Source: Candidatus Sysuiplasma jiujiangense (lineage in GTDB: Archaea; Thermoplasmatota; Thermoplasmata; Sysuiplasmatales; Sysuiplasmataceae). From it: a DNA stretch of 64,000 bases. Position numbers and translations under genes: made by a program. How positions within the stretch are numbered: position 1 is the first letter of the stretch; each line of letters starts with the position of its first letter. The notes under the pieces were generated by a model that was not told the origin of the DNA, did no database searches, and was given only the letters and a program-made list of their open reading frames with translations. Shown piece by piece: positions 61,105 to 64,000 of this stretch. The stretch spans positions 1 to 64,000 of the forward strand of contig JAHEAD010000013.1 of the NCBI GenBank assembly GCA_019721075.1. The letters are read 5' to 3'.

Positions 61105-63339
61105 TCAGGCGCCCCGTGCCATCAGCCTGTTCACTTTCCTGAGGGCACGGACTGCCGGGGAGTAGCCCGAATCAAGCGAAAGGGCATTCTCAAACTGCTC
61201 TTTTGCATCCGCCAGATTTCCGGACAGCGCCAGAACGGTTCCGAGTCCGGTGGCCGTCAATGCGCTTTTTTCAAGATCCGCCGCAGCCCTCATCTCTCTC
61301 GCAGCCTCCGCGTACCTGCCGTTCTCCATCAGCATCATGGCCAGATTGTAGCGGTGCTGCCACAGCCGATCGTTCTTCAGGCGTGAAAGGAGTTCGGCGG
61401 CGAGAGCCCTGTCGCCCCTGAGATAAAGTGCTATTGCACGGTTGTTCTCTTCCGCCGGGTTCCTGAACGCTATCCCCGTGTAAAGATCGAGTGCCTCCTG
61501 GTAATTCCCCGAACGCATCTGCAGAATGCCGAGGCAGTTTGCCGCAATACTGCTGTTTCCGCCGCATTTCCTCAGAATTCTTGCTCCTTTCGAGTATCTG
61601 CCAAGCATCAGGTAGGCGGCTCCGGCGAGTTCCATCCCCGTCCGCTCCGGCAGCGACAGGCACAGCGGGATGGTTTGCTCAAACCTGGACTGCCTGAACA
61701 GGGAGGAAATAAGCCTGTATTTCCATTCCTCCGCGTCCCCTGCCGCTATTCTCTGTTCCGCTATATTTGCGGCGAGGCCGAAGTCTCCGCTCTGATATGC
61801 GAATTTCTCGGCAACCGCTGCGGAAACAGTGCTGCCTGACTGCTCCACGAAGTTTCCTTCCCGCAGGATCCTTCCGAGTGCTGCCTCCGCCTCCGCTGTC
61901 TTAATCCTGCTCAGCAGGAAGAGCGCCTGATGCCTCCGCTCGCCATCGGCAAATTCCCTGCTGAAAATATCGCAGATCTCTTCAGATGTCAGCCTTGATG
62001 CGCTCTGCGCCGTAAGCCCTGCCGCCCTGTTTTCCACCGCATGTGCATGCGAGCCGCCGCTTTCCGCCGCTTCCGCCGGGCCTTGAGCCGCTGCAGCGGC
62101 GGCAACGGATTCCTCCTGAACGGCGCCTGGTCCTTCGGCCTGTTTTCTGATCTCCTCAAGCGTCTGCACTGCAATTTCGTTTTCCCTGTCTATTTCCAGA
62201 GCCCGTTTCGAATATGCTTCAGCCTCCCTGAGATCTCCCTGCCTGAGGTATAGTGAGGCTACGACGCCGATGACGGCCGCCTCCTCCCTCATCTCCAGGT
62301 ACTTCTTCAGTGTTTCAATCGCGCCCGGCATGTTCTGTTCCGCGAGTATCAGCCCCCTGGTTCTGATTGCACGTTCGTCCGAGGGGTTCCTTGAAATTAT
62401 GCCGTCGAGCAGTGCGATTGCCCTGCCTGTTTCGCCGGTTCCGTAATACGCAAGTGAAAGATTGCGCAGCAGATCCGGATCATGGGGCGAATACCTGAGC
62501 GCCCTTTCATAGACGCGGGCCGCTTCGCCGGGCCTTCCCATGTTCTGAAGAGCAACGCCCTTGTTCTGAAGCGCCCGTCTGTGCATCGGATCAATTTTCA
62601 GTATCATGTCGTAGCATTCGATTTCGCCGGCATAATCCCCCTTCTGATAAAGTGCCGAGGCCTTCCCGAACCAGTTGTCGGCGTTCCTGCCGTTGAGTGT
62701 TATCGCCCTGTCAAACTGATCAGCCGACTCGTCATTTCTGCCTTCCCTGAGATAGACCAGACCGCGCAGCCTGTAAACCTCCTCGGAACCGGGTTTGAAA
62801 TCTGCGAGGAGATCAAGCGTCTTGATGACCTCGCCGAAGTCACCTGCATCGAATCTCCCTCTCGCGTACATCATCATGTCCCTGAAGCGCCTCTCTTTCT
62901 CGTCTCCCTTTCCGCCTCTGCCCGCGGCTGCAGCCGCATTACGCCTGTCTTCCGTGTAGTCTGCCGTTTTCGACGCGAGTCTGACGAATGCCTCTCCCGT
63001 CACGGCTCTGTCAACTGCCGCCCTGTCAAAGTCCAGTTTTTCTGCTGACAGAACGATGACAGTCCTGCCTTTCCTCTTCTCCCTCCTTGCAGCGGCAGCA
63101 ATACGGCGCATGTTGGCCCTGATGCCGGGAAGAAGGCAGATGACAGAGCAGTTCTTTCCCCCGCTTTCTCCGGTGAGGACGAAGCTCTCGTCATGGAACA
63201 CCCTGTTCTGCACCCTGACGCCCAGAAGGGCGGCGGCGGAAGTGCATACAGAGACAAAACCGTCAAACGGCATATGCGAAAGGACCTCGGCAGCCTCAGC
63301 GGCACTGCCGTTACGGGCAGATGTATCCGAGATGCTCAA
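61105..63339 (-). CDS. TPR-repeat protein with N-terminal possible degenerate Mrr-like domain
   Basis: Multiple TPRs (WFGKASAL, ALQNKGVAL, YNLAMML). Start placed at TTG 63339, overlapping the upstream TGA (TTGA coupling); the ORF-track extension to 63528 looks like off-frame overlap. Confidence 0.85.
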   Translation of the reverse strand: MSISDTSARNGSAAEAAEVLSHMPFDGFVSVCTSAAALLGVRVQNRVFHDESFVLTGESGGKNCSVICLLPGIRANMRRIAAAARREKRKGRTVIVLSAEKLDFDRAAVDRAVTGEAFVRLASKTADYTEDRRNAAAAAGRGGKGDEKERRFRDMMMYARGRFDAGDFGEVIKTLDLLADFKPGSEEVYRLRGLVYLREGRNDESADQFDRAITLNGRNADNWFGKASALYQKGDYAGEIECYDMILKIDPMHRRALQNKGVALQNMGRPGEAARVYERALRYSPHDPDLLRNLSLAYYGTGETGRAIALLDGIISRNPSDERAIRTRGLILAEQNMPGAIETLKKYLEMREEAAVIGVVASLYLRQGDLREAEAYSKRALEIDRENEIAVQTLEEIRKQAEGPGAVQEESVAAAAAAQGPAEAAESGGSHAHAVENRAAGLTAQSASRLTSEEICDIFSREFADGERRHQALFLLSRIKTAEAEAALGRILREGNFVEQSGSTVSAAVAEKFAYQSGDFGLAANIAEQRIAAGDAEEWKYRLISSLFRQSRFEQTIPLCLSLPERTGMELAGAAYLMLGRYSKGARILRKCGGNSSIAANCLGILQMRSGNYQEALDLYTGIAFRNPAEENNRAIALYLRGDRALAAELLSRLKNDRLWQHRYNLAMMLMENGRYAEAAREMRAAADLEKSALTATGLGTVLALSGNLADAKEQFENALSLDSGYSPAVRALRKVNRLMARGA

Positions 63340-64000
63340 CCCTTCCCTGCCTCCCTTATCAGCTGTGCAAAATAGCGCCTCTCCTTTGCTTTGCCGAGTT
63401 CGGCCGCAAGCGCCAGGCCGGCCTTTGCCAGCCTGAGATTTGTTGCATCTTCGCCGACCGCTGTCCTGATCAGTTCCAGTGCCTCCGCACCCCTGTTCAG
63501 GGAACGCAGCTCGGCGGATATGAGCCATGCAGTCGCGGGCCAGAGAAATGTTTCTTCGCGGAAGAGTCTGAGCGCATCTGAATGGTCACCGGAGCGGGAC
63601 ATCATCATTCCCTTTCTGATCAGCGCGGTGCTGTTGTGCCCGTTGATCCTGAGGGCATCATCATATGCTCGCAGTGCGCCTGCGATGTCGCCCTTTTCCT
63701 CGAGCGCCATTCCTAACGCCGAAAATGTCTCGTCTGTCCATTCGTCCGCAGGCGTGACATTGATGCACTGCATCGCAGCGCCCCACATTCCAAGACTCAG
63801 ATAAAATACTGAAATAAGGTTTGCACCGGACTGGATGTCGCCCACCAGCTTCTGCTGTTCCCTCAGTTCCCTTTCCCTGTCGGCAAGGCCGTACTGCGCG
63901 CATATGTTCAGCTTGAAGATAAATGCGGCTGACGACTTCGCATTGACGATTTCGCCGTCGGCAAGCTGCAGTGCCATGCCCCATTTTCCTTCATGCCAGG
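63336..64000 (-). CDS. TPR-repeat protein (3' part; gene continues beyond the window)
   Basis: ALGMALEEKGDIAGALRAYDDALRIN TPR; the frame remains open from 63977 to the window edge. Confidence 0.8.
   Translation of the reverse strand, partial: WHEGKWGMALQLADGEIVNAKSSAAFIFKLNICAQYGLADRERELREQQKLVGDIQSGANLISVFYLSLGMWGAAMQCINVTPADEWTDETFSALGMALEEKGDIAGALRAYDDALRINGHNSTALIRKGMMMSRSGDHSDALRLFREETFLWPATAWLISAELRSLNRGAEALELIRTAVGEDATNLRLAKAGLALAAELGKAKERRYFAQLIREAGKG

Noticed and set aside
63340..63528. Apparent frameshift joining the two TPR ORFs, or a long N-terminal extension
   Set aside because: Better explained by a TTG start overlapping the upstream TGA.
1..64000. tRNA, full rRNA, integrase, reverse transcriptase, cas or aglB genes
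   Set aside because: None recognised by eye; tRNAscan-SE, Infernal and HMM searches are needed to exclude divergent ones.

Overview
Archaeal DNA, most consistent with a Thermoplasmata-like lineage. This is inferred from Thermoplasmatales-type 'F-x-E-x-GLP-x-G-x-x-W' C-terminal repeats, TATA boxes about 25-30 nt upstream of apparently leaderless starts, an ISA1214-like IS and archaeal ATPases; no database search was possible. The window has four zones. (1) About 0.4-33.1 kb is a surface-glycan island: 6 GT4 and 4 GT2 glycosyltransferases, a Wzx/MOP flippase, a 1124-aa GT-C-like membrane protein, two NDP-sugar epimerases and a phosphoesterase. Two divergent paralogous ~1300-aa sequon-rich membrane-anchored surface proteins sit in or next to it. 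(2) About 33.2-43.8 kb is a decaying defence/TA island: three vapBC pairs (one toxin intact, one with a catalytic Asp-to-Gly change, one frameshifted), AbrB and AbiEi-like remnants, two archaeal ATPases and a short segment resembling a 23S rRNA 3' end. (3) About 41.6-52.8 kb is an ~11-kb block bracketed by two 233-bp non-coding direct repeats (~88% identical by hand alignment). It holds two divergently transcribed giant surface proteins (beta-helix+FN3; propeller+PKD) separated by a frameshifted IS. (4) About 53.7-64 kb is GC-richer housekeeping-like DNA: MFS transporter, DUF2079-like protein, SDR, gpmA, a Zn-finger/thioredoxin fusion, an aminotransferase and TPR proteins. No tRNA, full rRNA or CRISPR array was recognised. 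The best candidates for something undescribed are the surface-protein plus dedicated-glycosylation island and the repeat-flanked adhesin block. Family assignments come from motif recognition by eye, and several frameshifts fall in homopolymers, so they may be sequencing errors.
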